Positions 12,779-24,968 of a stretch of 64,000 nt of DNA are shown here, in pieces. Each line of letters starts with the position of its first letter. Position 1 is the stretch's first letter. The DNA is taken from the NCBI RefSeq assembly GCF_004010195.1, contig NC_057719.1:25258809-25322808 (forward strand). Direction: 5' to 3'. Under the pieces are notes generated by a model. The model did not search any database, was not told where the DNA came from, and saw only the letters and a program-made list of their open reading frames with translations. The stretch comes from Chiloscyllium plagiosum. Its lineage: Eukaryota. The translations under genes were made by a program, and so were the position numbers.

Positions 12779-13439
12779 CATGAAAAAAAAGCCTGTTTGA
12801 TTTCTCTCACCAATTGCTGTAAATGGTAGTTTTTGACATGTAGCTAATAGCTTTTATAATTTGTGGACCAGTTGCTCTGTGCGTTCTGCAATGAAAGTGA
12901 AGGATATTGAGAATGGACATCAATAAATAGGTAATGAACGGTCTTGACACCAAAAATATCTGTGTGTGTGTGTGTCAGGGCAGGGGGGACTTTTAGCTTG
13001 AATTTATTTATTTGCTATAAACAGTTGTTCTTGTTAACTGGTCCATGCTTTCTGTGAATTTGGGTCTAAAGGGTAAATTGGTGAATTTTGCATACTTGAT
13101 AAAAGTATGATAGGATTAGAGTTAGGGTTTTGAAGAGTGTGTGAATAGTGGAACTAGATTTCCAGTGCATACTACAGTTAGGGTGACAGTGTCTTAAACA
13201 TCTTGACTGTGCAGCCTGTAGACCCTGCTTGACCTCTTGCATTAACAGATGAAGTGGGTAAAACGTGCATTTCTGAGGTGACAAATTGAGTCTGACTCCC
13301 AGTGTGAGTATAGTTTTTCTAAGCAGAACATGTTAAGCACAAAGTATAGGCCTAAGCCCCAATTGTTTGTTTACTCGTCTTGCACGTGGAGTGGACTTTT
13401 ATCTAAAATGCTTTTGGTTAAACTAAATATCAAGCTCCA

Positions 13440-14220
13440 AGTTAAAATTTACAATTGAATTTGCATCAGTTACCATTTATGGAAGATTGTTCCAGCCTGA
13501 ACAACTCTATTTGTGATGCTCTGATGATCTTGTGATTGATGTTATGGCCTCGGTTATGTTACTTAAGGATTTATTAATGAGCTCAAATGGAGTACGCTAC
13601 TTATGGTTTTCTGGTTGCTTGTGTTTTCTCACAAGCCTTGCTGACTCTTAAAAGCTGAATGTTCCTTTATGTTGATAGCAGTGAAGAACAATTCCTGCCA
13701 ATGCAGCATCTTCACAGGTTTCACAATCTTCTTTAAGATCTTCAAAGTCCTTGAAAATTCCAGACCATCACATTGCTAACTGAACTCTAGCTCTGTACCT
13801 GGTTATCCCCAAATATCCCCAGTATATCCTGCCCAGGACATCTTCCTGAAGTGAAGCTGCAGTCACTTGTCTTCTCTAATATACCTGCAAGTTGTCTACA
13901 ATTGTAAAATGCAATTGGTGCTCGAAACACAAGTTTAATTTTATTCTTCCAGTGTTCATTTGCCTATCTGGTTGCACCTCCACCCAGGACTGTTCTGCAG
14001 ACTATTAACACACACAAAATATTCTGTGAATGTCTTGGAGCTACTAATGCAGTTTCAGAGAGTTTTGAACACACACCCCTCTGCATTTCTCTTACCAGGT
14101 TTGAAATACTTTTGCCACTGACTGTCGATTCTGCCTTTTTGAATCTTAGCATGGGATTCCCTTCTGTGGGGCTTGTGAATATTCAGCTCTTCCTACTGAT
14201 GCCTGCACGTAGGAGCTAGC
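13440..14220 (-). mobile_element. Decayed Gypsy/Ty3 LTR-retrotransposon pol fragment (RNase H end to integrase)
   Basis: Minus strand 13756-13859 translates ASLQEDVLGRIYWGYLGITRYRARVQLAM*WSGI, resembling the Gypsy integrase Zn-finger region IHxGHLGITKCRARA...WWPGI. Confidence 0.68.
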
Positions 14221-16399
14221 TAAATGGAAGCTGCACAGTTTGCTGCTGTGTTGTATGAGCATTCAGTACTGTTGGCTGTCATGTTGCATGTGCTCTTTGT
14301 GCAATTGTTCACTATAAAGTTGATTTGCTGTCACCATTTTCTATCAAGGCAGGGATTTAGGGGACCTGCTTGGTCTAAAGTGATAGAGGAAAGTTGGTTG
14401 ATGGTCTAACAAGAAGAGGCTCTTGTCTTATAGGTGTTGTTGTTTATTACATGGGAGTAGTTCTGTACAAGTTACACTGACGTGATAGGGGTTCTTGTCT
14501 CTCAGAGGTAGTGTCAACAGGCCAGAAGTTCAGTGTTCAAGTTCCGTAAGATCTCTGAACAGGTTGATTAAAATGGCAGTGCTGATGTAATAGACACTGT
14601 TGCAGAGACTCTGAGGAAGACCTCAAATGGTCACACTGGCTGCTTCAAGATCCTAGGCTGTTCCATGTCTGCCCATATGACCTGACCGTAGTTGATGTTT
14701 GATGCACTGCTCAGCATTAAGCCTTTTAGGTCATAAACCCTGTTGTCTAAGGGGGTAACAGGATATTCTCTTTTGTATCATGCACATGTCATTGCTTTGC
14801 TGAAGTAGTATTTCATATTAATGAATGTGACATTTTTCTTGCACAACAGAACAGTTGTTTAATATGCATCTCTAACTGATGCTCCTACCTCACATCACAA
14901 TACAAGTAAAATAGGCAGTTCAGTTTTCTGATTCCAAGACAGCGAGTTTCATATGTCAAAATCATGGCCTTAGTTTATTATATTTTTAAAAACTGTGTTT
15001 TGAGTCAGACCAGAACTGTTAACAAGCTCACTATCTGTTATTTGGCCTAACTGTGTTGTAATCAGGCAGTTTGAATTTTCTTTGTCTTCCAGCCTTGGTT
15101 TTGACTGTAGCTATTGGTCCACAATTGATAAGGGACTTTTTAGTATTGTCTGAACAAAGCCTTGTTCTGAACACTTAGTTCCTGCCTGGCTGTATCTTTG
15201 TCTCACCACTCCCCTTCCCTCCCCTCCCCTGGGGAAGTTGCTCACTGTTGTCTGTGTTTGGAGATCAAAATAGGTTTAAAGCTAAGAAGAGAAACACTCT
15301 GTCCAAAAACACACACATTCAGGCAAGTTTCAAAGGAACTTTGAGCAATCTGATAACAAACCTTTGAAGATGTCCTGAATGTACCTCTGTGCGCCACCAA
15401 TTGACACCTTGTGAAACTGCATTCCATTCCTCAACATCTTGTTTCACTCCTATTAGTCATTCAGCATGGAAACAGACTCGTCCATACTGACCAAGTTTCC
15501 CCAAACTAAACTAGCCTCATTAGCCCGCATTTAGCCCATATCCTTCGAAAGATTCCCTATTCATGTGCCAGACCACTTGTCTTTTAAACCCACTTCTAAT
15601 GTCTAAGACAGATTATTGTGTGCTCCTCAGGCAGCCAGGTTGCCATAACAAACCTGACTCTTCAATTTACAATTTAATTTACAATTTAACTTCTTTTATT
15701 AAGTTTACCCCAGTTAATAATCACCAAAGCTCAGATATAATTGCTGTTTTGAAATAAAATCAGACACCTGTCTCCCTCAGCTGAAAGTCCAGCATTCTGA
15801 AGATCAGCAATGCAACCAATCGCCCTCATTTTTGTTTGAAGCATAATTTTGATTGTTTAGAATTGTCAGACAGTACTATAACCTGTTACTGGCTTTACTC
15901 TGCCAGAAACCTACTTTGGAGTTGCAAGGCAGTTTGCCCAGTTTACCTTTCACATATTGGTGAGATTTGACATGTCTCAGTCAGGCTGCTGAAAAGAATG
16001 TTGCACAGCAACAAGACATTCCAACCCTATGAGAAAAACACAGAGCCAGCCGTTCCCTGCGTTAGTCCCACCTTCATTGACTGATCGGAGAGTCCTATCG
16101 GAGGTCATTGTAAACGTTTGGTTGGAAGGAAACACGAGCAGTTGGAAAACACTGTTTCCTTTCCAATTCTAGTTATCTTCTGTTCTTTTGGAAAAACACC
16201 ATTATTGGAGTGCGACCCTGCAGCATTGACTGTGTTCTGATACTTTGCTGAAATGGTTGTACTTAATGTGAGAGCATACATTTGGGAGTATTGAGAAGCA
16301 GTCTTCTGTGAGAAACATCCCAACCAAGCCTCTTTTTCAAAACTGATGTCTGTAAGAGCCCACCTTAAGGCAGTGCTCCTGAGATAGCAGACAGAAGTT

Positions 16400-16742
16400 T
16401 GGGGAAGCAAGATGGCTCAGTGGTTAGCACTACTGCCTCAGTGTCAGGAACCCGGGTTCAATTCTGCACTCAGGTGACTTCCCCTGTGGAGTTTACACAT
16501 TCTCCCTGTGCCTGCATTGGTTTCCTTTCCAGTCCAAAGATGTGCAGGTTAGGTGGATTGGCCGTGCTAAATTGCCCTGTAGTGTTTAGGGATGTGCAGT
16601 TTAGGTGGATGAGCCATGGGAAATGTAGCATTACAGGCAAAGAATGGAGTGGTGGGCAGGTCTGGGTGGGATGCTCTTCAGTGGGTCAGTGTGGACTTGA
16701 AGAGCCAAGTGGCCGGTTTCCACACTGTAGGCATTCTATGAA
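16400..16742 (+). mobile_element. HE1-type SINE
   Basis: GATGGCTCAGTGGTTAGCACTACTGCCTCA head and ...TTTCCACACTGTAGGCATTCTATG tail. Confidence 0.88.
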
Positions 16743-18289
16743 GTACAAGCCCTAGTAATTAAAGTCATAGAGTGATACAGCTTGGAAACAGACCCTTCGG
16801 TCCAGCCAGTCCATGACCCCCCAGCTTATTATTCAGTAGGTTTTGCCACATGTACAGAGATCTACTCGGATCCTGCCTTAAGTACATTGAGTACATTTAA
16901 GTACATTAAAACAGGATTGTTTCTTGTAAAAATGTGGAAAGTACAGTTTACAATAGGAATTGCAAAGACTAGGGAGACCATAAACAGCACCAAGTTGACC
17001 TAACAATTAATGGTGATAAACACTAATTTAAATTGGACTCTGTCGAATGAGATTAGCCCATTGCAGTTGGTCCAAGCCCATTGGGATCTGTGTGCTCCTA
17101 ACTGATTTTGTTATACAAAAGAGCAGTTGTTTTTTTTTAAGTGTGGACTGATTCAGAAAATCTTGGCATTTCTGCTTCCCCTGCCAGGACCCATCAGTCG
17201 GTTGGTGTTTATTCTGAATTCACTTTATGTGGAATTAATCTTTGTTGAAATGGATGCAGTCACACCAAATACACAGAATTTTATTGTTCTAAAGTGCACT
17301 TTCCATTTTAACCAAGGGAATATATACACAAGTCGTTTGTATTGTAAGGAGATTAACCATCACTTCGCTTCTTTTGACACTGTGTGACACAGCGCTCCAC
17401 TTGAAGTTTCAATATTTCACTTATTGAGGAGCTTGAAATGTGGCCAATGGAACAGGTCAAGACTGAAATATGGGTTGCAGCTGTCATGTTTTCATACAAT
17501 TTCTGCCTATTCACTTAAGTGCACAATATCAATACATATGGACTTCTGAATAGCCTACATTTGCAACATATTGGAATTATTTGTGTACTTAAATATTCAT
17601 AATTATGCCATCCTTTTATTATTTTATTTTGACTGCCTATAAGTATGTTGTGAATTATGCTGTGAATTATGCTTGCTGTTTTATTTGTATTGCAATCACA
17701 GTACAGGATCTGTTGCCATAATGATTTTTTCCAGAAACCAATTATCACTCCAAGTTTCATTTGCAGGCTGAAAGCATCCAGCTTAAAACCACCGCCATCT
17801 CTCCAGATGTGTCTCCTGCTCAGATTCACTAAGATTTATTATTTATACATCTTATGCTGATTTGTGGTTAGCAGTAATTAATTAAATTGTGGCTTAGTTT
17901 CTGTGTGAACTGTGCAAAGTCTGAAAAGTGCAAGTTATAGAGGTTCTTGTCCAATGGAATCTCTTGTGAAGTAGTTGATAAATAATTTGTGTGTATTTAT
18001 ATGGGCAGAGAGAGAGGAAAAGTAAAAACAAAAATTGACTCTTCAACAGCAATTATGATCTGGAGAAATGAGAATTTACACTTGGAGAAACACATCTCTA
18101 GCCTGTTTAGTGGATGTTGCATGGATATTTTTCCTACTGTTGCATGTTTTTCTATGTCCGATTTCTTGATGAGATACTTATGTAGCAAAACCCTTGAAGC
18201 AGCTGAACAATTCGAACAGCAACGTCCTGATTTTCAGGTATAATAATGTACATATCGATTCTGCAAGTAGCTGTCTGATCAATCTTTTT

Positions 18290-18810
18290 AATTACAGTGA
18301 GCACTCTACCTGATCTTCGGCCTCCAGAATTAGATTTTCCCCTTTTGTTCCTGATTGGGGCCTATCCTTAAAGTTTTGTTTATTGGTAAAAGGCTCATAA
18401 ATACCTTCAGATTCCCTTTTCATATTCCGTCTTTGCCTTTTCATACTTAGTTTTAATTTCTTTAGCATGAGAATTGCAAACAACTTCTGATTTTTAAGAG
18501 TAGATCTGTTCAGTATTCTATCCATCTCATATATGATCCTTTGCTGTGTATCGTCTTTTTCTGCGTAGTTAATTTGGAACAAATTCTTGTGTGCCTCAGT
18601 GGAACTTTGGTCTTGGTATTTTAACCTTTGAAAGTTCTTATCCTTTTCTATTTCATATTGATTTTGATTATGTTTTGAGCTGGATTTACCAGTTGTTCTT
18701 TTACTCAATAAACCAACACGACCCATTTCATTTCTCACAGCAACGTTAAGCAATGCTTCCTTCCTCAGAACAGAAGCAGACTGATGCAGAAAATAGTCTT
18801 GTTTGTAAAA
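18290..18810 (-). mobile_element. Old CR1-like LINE internal fragment
   Basis: The K/R-rich degenerate minus-strand ORF (18292-18813) resembles the CR1 ORF2 region between endonuclease and RT. Confidence 0.5.
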
Positions 18811-19045
18811 CAAATAGGAATTCCCAATTTATCCTTTTATTTCTTTCTAGTCCATTTTACAGTTCAAATAACCTAGTGTTAGCCCTATCAAAATTGTATT
18901 CAATAATTTCCCTGTGTCTCATTCTAATTGATCCATAATGGGGAAGTGGTCTCATTTTCTGTCTCTCCCAGAAACAGCCAATCTTTGCTCAATTGAATCA
19001 AAATAAAAGAAAGTCTATTGGTGTAACGACCACATTTAAAGGTTA

Positions 19046-19250
19046 TGGGGAAGCAATGGCCTAATTATCCAATGATCCAGGTAATGTTTTGGGGAACTGA
19101 GTTCACTTCCTGCTATGGCAGATGGTGGACTTTGAATTGAGTTTTTAAAAAAATCTGAAATAGAGTTTAATGATAACTATTAAACTTTTGCCAATTGTGG
19201 GGATAATAAAAACCCATATGGTTCACGCAGGCCCTTCAGGGAAGGAACTG
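19046..19250 (+). mobile_element. SINE family 2, 5' part
   Basis: Reverse complement of the head and central part of 6146-6499 (GGGGAAGCAATGGCCTA...GGCAGATGGTGGACTTTGAATT). Confidence 0.7.
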
Positions 19251-19454
19251 AAAATGGAGAATTGACGTAAATGGGTCCGTTTCCAGGTTCACAATACACT
19301 AGTGGGATTAGTTCTGGGACTTCAACTGTTTGCAATTTTGTATAAGTGACTAAGATGAGGGGATGAAAATGCTGTTGAGACTTTCTTTTCAACCAATATT
19401 TGTGTCATCAGCAAGTGTGAAGAGAGGCTACAAAAAGATAAGGTAAAATAACTT

Positions 19455-19525
19455 CGGACAGTGCTCACTGGACTTGAAATGTTAACTTTGCTTTTCTCTC
19501 CACAGATGTTACTGATCCTGTAGGG
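19455..19525 (+). mobile_element. Penelope-like family A fragment
   Basis: CACTGGACTTGAAATGTTAACTTTG...CTCTCCACAGATG matches the family A arm. Confidence 0.55.
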
Positions 19526-20124
19526 TCATGGTCAGTCTTCTAAAACAGAGGTGGTGAAATCTTGAGTCTTTGGAACTCATCCTGAAAAATGTGACAGAAG
19601 CAGTGTCCTTAAATATCTATTTATAAGGCATAGGTAGATTCTTGTTGAGAAAGGGGTTTGTAAAGTATTGGGGGTAGGTAGAAGTGTAGATTTAAGGCAA
19701 CCATCAGATAGGCCATTAATTTATTGAATTTCATAGCAAGCTCAAGGGGCTGATTGGCCAAATAATTTTATCAGATTGACCACTGAAGCGCATCAGAGCA
19801 CCACCACAATTGTTAAAAGTATCTGAATTTTCATCAGGTTGATCAATTGCAAATTTGCAACTTTGAATATGCTCTTCTGCACATCAGAGTGATATTATTG
19901 CTGATGCACAAAGAGTATGTTGAAGGTACAGAGGACCAATGACCATGTAGTCTCCTTTGTCACAATATACATAGATAATGTGACATCTTGCCTTGGATTT
20001 TCTCTTCAAAGAGCCAAAACTGTTTGATGAAACTGGGTGCAAGATTTGCTGAAAGGTTTGCTCAAAACTGGGCCCTCTCTCCTACAAGCATTTTCTGATA
20101 AAACTATGCAATCTTCTTTTACAG

Positions 20125-20223
20125 ATGAGAGAATTTGTTCCCCTCCCTTTATGGAGCTCAGCAGTCAGTGTGGGGAGGACACTTTGGCAGAGATTACGAA
20201 GCACAAGCTGACATTCCCATTCA
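20125..20223 (+). CDS. ITPK1: ITPK1 coding exon (99 nt, phase 1-1), DERICSPPFMELSSQCGEDTLAEITKHKLTFPF
   Basis: Acceptor tcttcttttacAG, donor GTAAGT at 20224. In frame with the previous exon; matches ITPK1 RICSPPFMEL...LTFPF. Confidence 0.96.
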
Positions 20224-20753
20224 GTAAGTGTTCAGAAACTAAAGCAAAACACAAGAAGCAGCTGCTGGCTTACTGTGCAACTTCCTTACAAATCAGTTCA
20301 AACATTTTTTAACAATCTTGAAGTGGACTGGTGATTGTCATGAACTTCTTCTGTCAGCTTCTACATAAGGCATACATAAATTGTTATTTTGTTCTGGAAG
20401 CAAGGAGACTTGCCAAGCTGCCCACCTTTCTCCTGTCCCACCATCACATGGCAATGTTAGAAATCATTCCTTCTAAAATAATACTTTTGAAAAATTGCTG
20501 AATATTTTGCCATTATTCCTACTGACATCTCTTGGTGCCCAGTCAATTACATGGATAATCTACTTTTAATCTATAAACATTTTAAAAAGGAATTATGAGG
20601 TATTTTTGTGGCACAGTCATAGTGTTCCTACCTCTAATCCAAGAGATCCAGGTTCAACTCCCATTTGTTCAAGAGGTGCGCAATAACATTTCTGAACCAG
20701 TTGATTAGTAAGTATCCTGAAAGCATAAAATGAGGTTAACCTGTGAGCGCTTG

Positions 20754-21994
20754 TGAAATAACTCCAGGAAGGCTGGTATCCTGTTACCTAAGTCACACGA
20801 GCATTGTACACGACACTGACCCAGCTAGCTCAGAGTTGGCTCTGAGACTAAACAATCTCTGACACTCATATACATAGAACATTACAGCATAGTACAGGCC
20901 CTTCGGCCCTCTGTTGCACCGACCTGTGAAATTAATCTGATGCCCATCTAACCTATACCATTCCATTGTTATCCATATGTATGTCCAATACCCATTTAAA
21001 TGCCCTTAACATCAATGAGTCTACTACTGTTGCAAGCAGGCCATTCCACACCTTTACTACTGAGTAAAGAAACTACCCCTAATATCTGTCCTAAATCTAT
21101 AACCTCCCAATTTAAAACTATGTCCCCTCGTATTAGCCTTCACTATCCGAGGAAAAAGGCTTTCACCATCCACCCTAACCCTCTGATTATCTTATGTCTT
21201 AAGTCACCTCTCAACCTTCTTCTTTCGAACAAAACAGCTTTCCATGTAAGACCTTCCTTCCGTACCAGGCAACATCCTAGTAAATCTCTTCTGAACCCTT
21301 TCCAAAGCTTCCACATGCTTCCTATAACGTGGTGACCAGAACTGCACACAGTACTCCAGGTGTGGCGAGCCCAGTGTCTTGTCCAGCTGAAACATGGCCT
21401 TTTGGCTCTGAAACTCAATCCCCCTACCAATTGATGTCAACACTCCATATGCCTTCTTAACAACCCTATCAACCTGGGTGGCAACTTTCAGGGATTTATG
21501 CACCAGGACACAGATCTCTCTGTTCATCCACACTGCCAAGACTTTTACCATTAGCCAAGTACTCTGCATTCCTGTTACTTCTTCTAAACTACCTCACACT
21601 TTTCCGCATTAAACTCTATTTGCCACTTCTCAGCCCAGCTCTCATCTTACCTATGTCCCTCTGTAACCCACAACATCCTTCGGCACTATCCACAACTCTG
21701 CCTACCTTAGTGTCATCTGCAAATTTACTAACCCATCCTTGTATGTCCACATCCATATCATTTATAAAAATGACAAACAGCAGTGGCCCCAATGCAGATC
21801 CCTGCAGCACACCACTGGTAACTGAGCTCCAGAGTAAATATTTCAACCACCACCCTCTGTCTTCTCTCAGCTAGCCAATTTCTGATCCAAACTCCTGTTT
21901 ATATCTATCAGCCACGGCTGCCTGATTGGACCAGATTAACAGGGAGCTCATGTTCTATGAGATCCACCTGGCTGACCTCATTTCAATCTCTACA
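20754..21994 (-). mobile_element. Solo LTR (TG...CA) interrupted by a CR1 insertion
   Basis: Minus-strand termini TGTAG...TTTCA; 5-bp flanks GCTTG/ACTTG; CCAAT and TATAAA motifs on the minus strand. Homologous to copies at 35467, 53473, 62367 and 63660. Confidence 0.72.
20868..21890 (-). mobile_element. CR1/HER1-like LINE 3' fragment nested in the solo LTR
   Basis: SGVLQGSALGPLLF, SKFADDTK and YCVQFWSP motifs on the minus strand; short ACTC duplication at the junctions. Confidence 0.9.
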
Positions 21995-22152
21995 ACTTGA
22001 TCCCAAAACCCCAGAATTGTTACGGTGAAGGAACCCATACAGATGATCGTGTCTGCACTGAATTTCATTTCTCCTTCCTGTCAATATTATGTTAATTGTA
22101 CAGTTAAAGATTAACAGTTGAAGAGTGTTGATTGATTAAGTACTTTAAACAG

Positions 22153-22286
22153 TGTGGCGCTGGAAAAAGCACAGCAGGTCAGGCAGCATCCGAGGAGCAG
22201 GAGAGTTGACATTTCAGGCATAAGTCCTTCACATTCCTGCTTTTCGACTCTGAGTCTCCAGCATCTGCAATCCTCACTTTCTCCTC
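22153..22286. mobile_element. Penelope-like element, family B
   Basis: GCTGGAAAAAGCACAGCAGGTCAGGCAGCATCCGAGG matches the 44898-45129 copy; flanking direct repeats AGTACTTTAAACAG and AGTATTTTGAACAG. Confidence 0.72.
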
Positions 22287-22808
22287 AGTATTTTGAACAG
22301 ACCTAATGACAGACTGCTAGGACACTGGGTTAGTATGTAGCAAGAAAACAAACATAGTGTACTTTATAAGTAAACAATCTATTCAAGGAAATAATTCAAA
22401 TCTAGCTGTAAACTTACTTTTGTTTTATTTACTCTGAAAGTGCAGCAAAATTTGGTGTGTTCTCAATGCCCTCCACTGTACAAACCTGCTGACCTGTATT
22501 TTGGTGTTGCATATAGTCATTATGCCAAGGAGCCCTGGCCTTTGGTATGATCACAAAAGCTAAATTCCTCTGATACTTCATTCCTTTGAATAGTGCAATA
22601 TTGTCTCACTCATGATCAGTATTATAAAAAGGCATTGGGAGCGTTTAGAGAATAGAAATACAGAATTGCGTGGGTATTCATTGAAGAGAGAATAAACAAA
22701 CTATATTTTTTAAAAAAAAGGATTTGGAGGTGCTGGTGTTGGACTTGGGTGTACAAAATTTAAAAATCACCCAGTACTAAGTTATAGTCCAACAGGTTTA
22801 ATTGGAAG

Positions 22809-22843
22809 CACTAGCTTTCGGAGCGCTGCTCTTTCGTCAGGTG
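22809..22843 (-). ncRNA. Minimal type I hammerhead ribozyme motif (PLE type)
   Basis: Minus strand CAC-CUGACGA-AAGAGC-AGC-GCUCC-GAA-AGCU-A-GUG. Core CUGANGA/GAAA/UH is intact, stem I is CAC/GUG, stem III is the palindrome AGCU, with one mismatch at the base of stem II. Confidence 0.62.
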
Positions 22844-22874
22844 TTTGTGGAGTAACATAAAATACCTCCACAAT

Positions 22875-22909
22875 GACCTGATGAAGGAACAGCGCTCTGA
22901 AAGCTAATG
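22875..22909 (+). ncRNA. Minimal hammerhead ribozyme motif, partly decayed stems
   Basis: GAC-CUGAUGA-AGGAAC-AGC-GCUCU-GAA-AGCU-A-AUG. Core intact; stems I and II carry mismatches. Confidence 0.55.
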
Positions 22910-23129
22910 CTTCCAATTAAACGCGTTGGACTATAGCCTGGTGTTGTGAGTTTAACTTTTTTTAAAAAAAGGAGGCTGTGGGATAACTTTTTAAAATGTG
23001 TTTTAAAATTTGAGTGGTTTTGATAGAGCAGATACAGAGGAAATGCTTCCTCCTGTGGTGAAAAAAACATGATTAGAGACCCAATAACAAGAGTAAAGTT
23101 GGCATAGTCTTAGGGGACCACTGCTCCTT

Positions 23130-23450
23130 CATTAAAGAAAGACGATTGATGGGTGAGTTTATCCTTGAAGATCACCATATCTCAGGCAAGGGGAGAGGTT
23201 GAGAAGTTGTGACTTTCATGGTGATCTCAGCCAGTACAAGAATTGAAGCCATGGGGTTGGTGTCAGCCAGTATTACAAACTTGGTTAGAGACAAAAAAAA
23301 CTGCAGATGCTGACATCCAAGGTAGACCAGCTGGAGGTTGGAAGAACACAGCAAGCCAGGCAGCATCAGGAGGCAGAGATATCAACATTTCAGGTGTAAG
23401 CCGCCTTCAATATCACAAAGTAGCAGTCCAGCCAAGTGAGCTAACTGCCT
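23130..23450 (-). mobile_element. Diverged tRNA-derived SINE hosting a Penelope-like insertion
   Basis: Minus-strand head GCAGTTAGCTCACTTGGCTGGAC...GGCTTCAATTC (A/B-box-like), split by 23281-23410. Confidence 0.5.
23281..23410 (-). mobile_element. Penelope-like element, family B-related single arm
   Basis: CTGCAGATGCTG...GAAGAACACAGCAAGCCAGGCAGCATC...ACATTTCAGG...CCTTCA; flanks TATTACAAA/TATCACAAA. Confidence 0.6.
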
Positions 23451-23974
23451 CCACTCTTCCTCCCCCTTTCCACCCACCAGCCCTTACAAGGTAGTCACCA
23501 AGAAATCCAGTTCAGAATTCAGGGGGGAAAAAAACCTACCTCACCTGAAAGAGTGGTGCGAATGTGGTGTATGATGGAAGTGAACACTGTAAATGCACTT
23601 CACGGGAAATTAGAAAAAACATAGATGGCCAAAGGGATAGAGAGTAATGGTTGAAGGTAAGATGAAAGGATTGCAAATAACAACCGTACCTGATTGGGCT
23701 GAATGGCCTGTTTCTCATACTTTTTTGGGTTATTTCTACAGTTTAAGTAATATGTGCTGGTTCTGTGTAGCCACATATTGTACAACTGAGATATTGTTGG
23801 CCAAACTATAATGGACCAAAGTTTTATGCTTTGATTTACACAATGGTCATTGTTTCTGCAATTAAAGCTACACTCATTTAAAAACCACTTCAGAGGATGA
23901 GGCATGGGGCAGTTTCTCAGGCCGTTCTCTTGGTCACTCTATACGTTTTAACGTTACCCTGTTTCTTTTCATAG

Positions 23975-24015
23975 TTTGCAAAACCAGAGTGGCACATGGC
24001 ACCAACTCTCATGAG
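23975..24015 (+). CDS. ITPK1: ITPK1 coding exon (41 nt), ICKTRVAHGTNSHE
   Basis: Acceptor gtttcttttcatAG, donor GTGAGT at 24016. Too short for the ORF track; peptide matches the conserved ITPK1 motif. Confidence 0.96.
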
Positions 24016-24369
24016 GTGAGTGACAACACACAGGATTTGTAAGAAATAACTTTGTTACACTGAGACCCATTTTCCTTGGAAAAAGTTGCCTTTCCACTAT
24101 GTTTACATACATATCTGTACCATTTGGAAACTGAAATATTCTGGTTACCTTTCTTTGAATAATCTATATTTGATGCACTTGATTCTTATATTTAATTTGT
24201 GAAGAGTTTATTGCTTCTAACTCCGTGATATGTGAGAGACAAGTCTATTTTCTTCTTTTGTTCAAAGCATTTCAATAAGATCTATTTTTATGTTGGTGGA
24301 CTTTGAGATTTTTATTAACACAGTTTCTGACTCACTTTTGGAAATCATTCTGTTACGAAAAGCTACAAA

Positions 24370-24968
24370 CATTCAAATAAAAACTGAAAATGCTGAAAAA
24401 ACTCAAAGTCTGGTCTGGCAGCATCTGTAGCGAGGGAAACCAAGTTAGCATTTTGAATCTGATTTGACTCTTCAGCCGTATCAGACTGGAAACCTTATCT
24501 CTGTTTCTCTTGTAAAAGTTTACAAAATCACGAGGGGCATGGATAGGGTGATTAGTCAAGATCTTTTCCCCAGGCTAGGGAGTCCAAAACTAGAGGGTAT
24601 GGGCTTAAGGAAAAAGGGTTGAGATTTAAAAGGGCCTTAAGGGGTAATGTTTTCATGCAGAGGTTGGTGCATGTATGGAATGAACTGCTTAAGGAAATGG
24701 TGGAGGCTGGTGCAATTACAATACTTAAAAGGCATCGGGATGTGTGTGCGAATAGGAAGTGTTTAGAGGGATATGGGCCAAATGCTGGCAAATGGGACGA
24801 GTTGAGATTAGGAAATCTGGTCAGCATGAACGAGTTAGACCAAAAGATCTGTTTCTAGGCTGTACAGTTCTTTGGCTCTCCTCCAATGTTGCCAGACCTG
24901 CTGAGTTTCTCCAACACTTAAAGATTTTTATTTCAGATTTCCAACATCTGCAGTATTTTAGTTTTAAT
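24370..24968. mobile_element. Penelope-like family A hairpin split by a CR1 3' fragment (about 24512-24875, +)
   Basis: Left arm at 24370-24470; the right arm resumes at about 24876 (GTTGCCAGACCTGCTGAGTTTCTCCA); CTACAAA on both flanks. The inserted CR1 reads RFKRALRGNVFMQRLVHVWNEL plus 3'UTR. Confidence 0.7.

Larger units (their letters stand above)
22723..22956. mobile_element. Penelope-like inverted-repeat element, family C, with a hammerhead motif in each arm
   Basis: Inverted arms at about 22760-22850 and 22866-22956; flanking direct repeats T6A8GGA and T7A7GGA. Confidence 0.8.
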
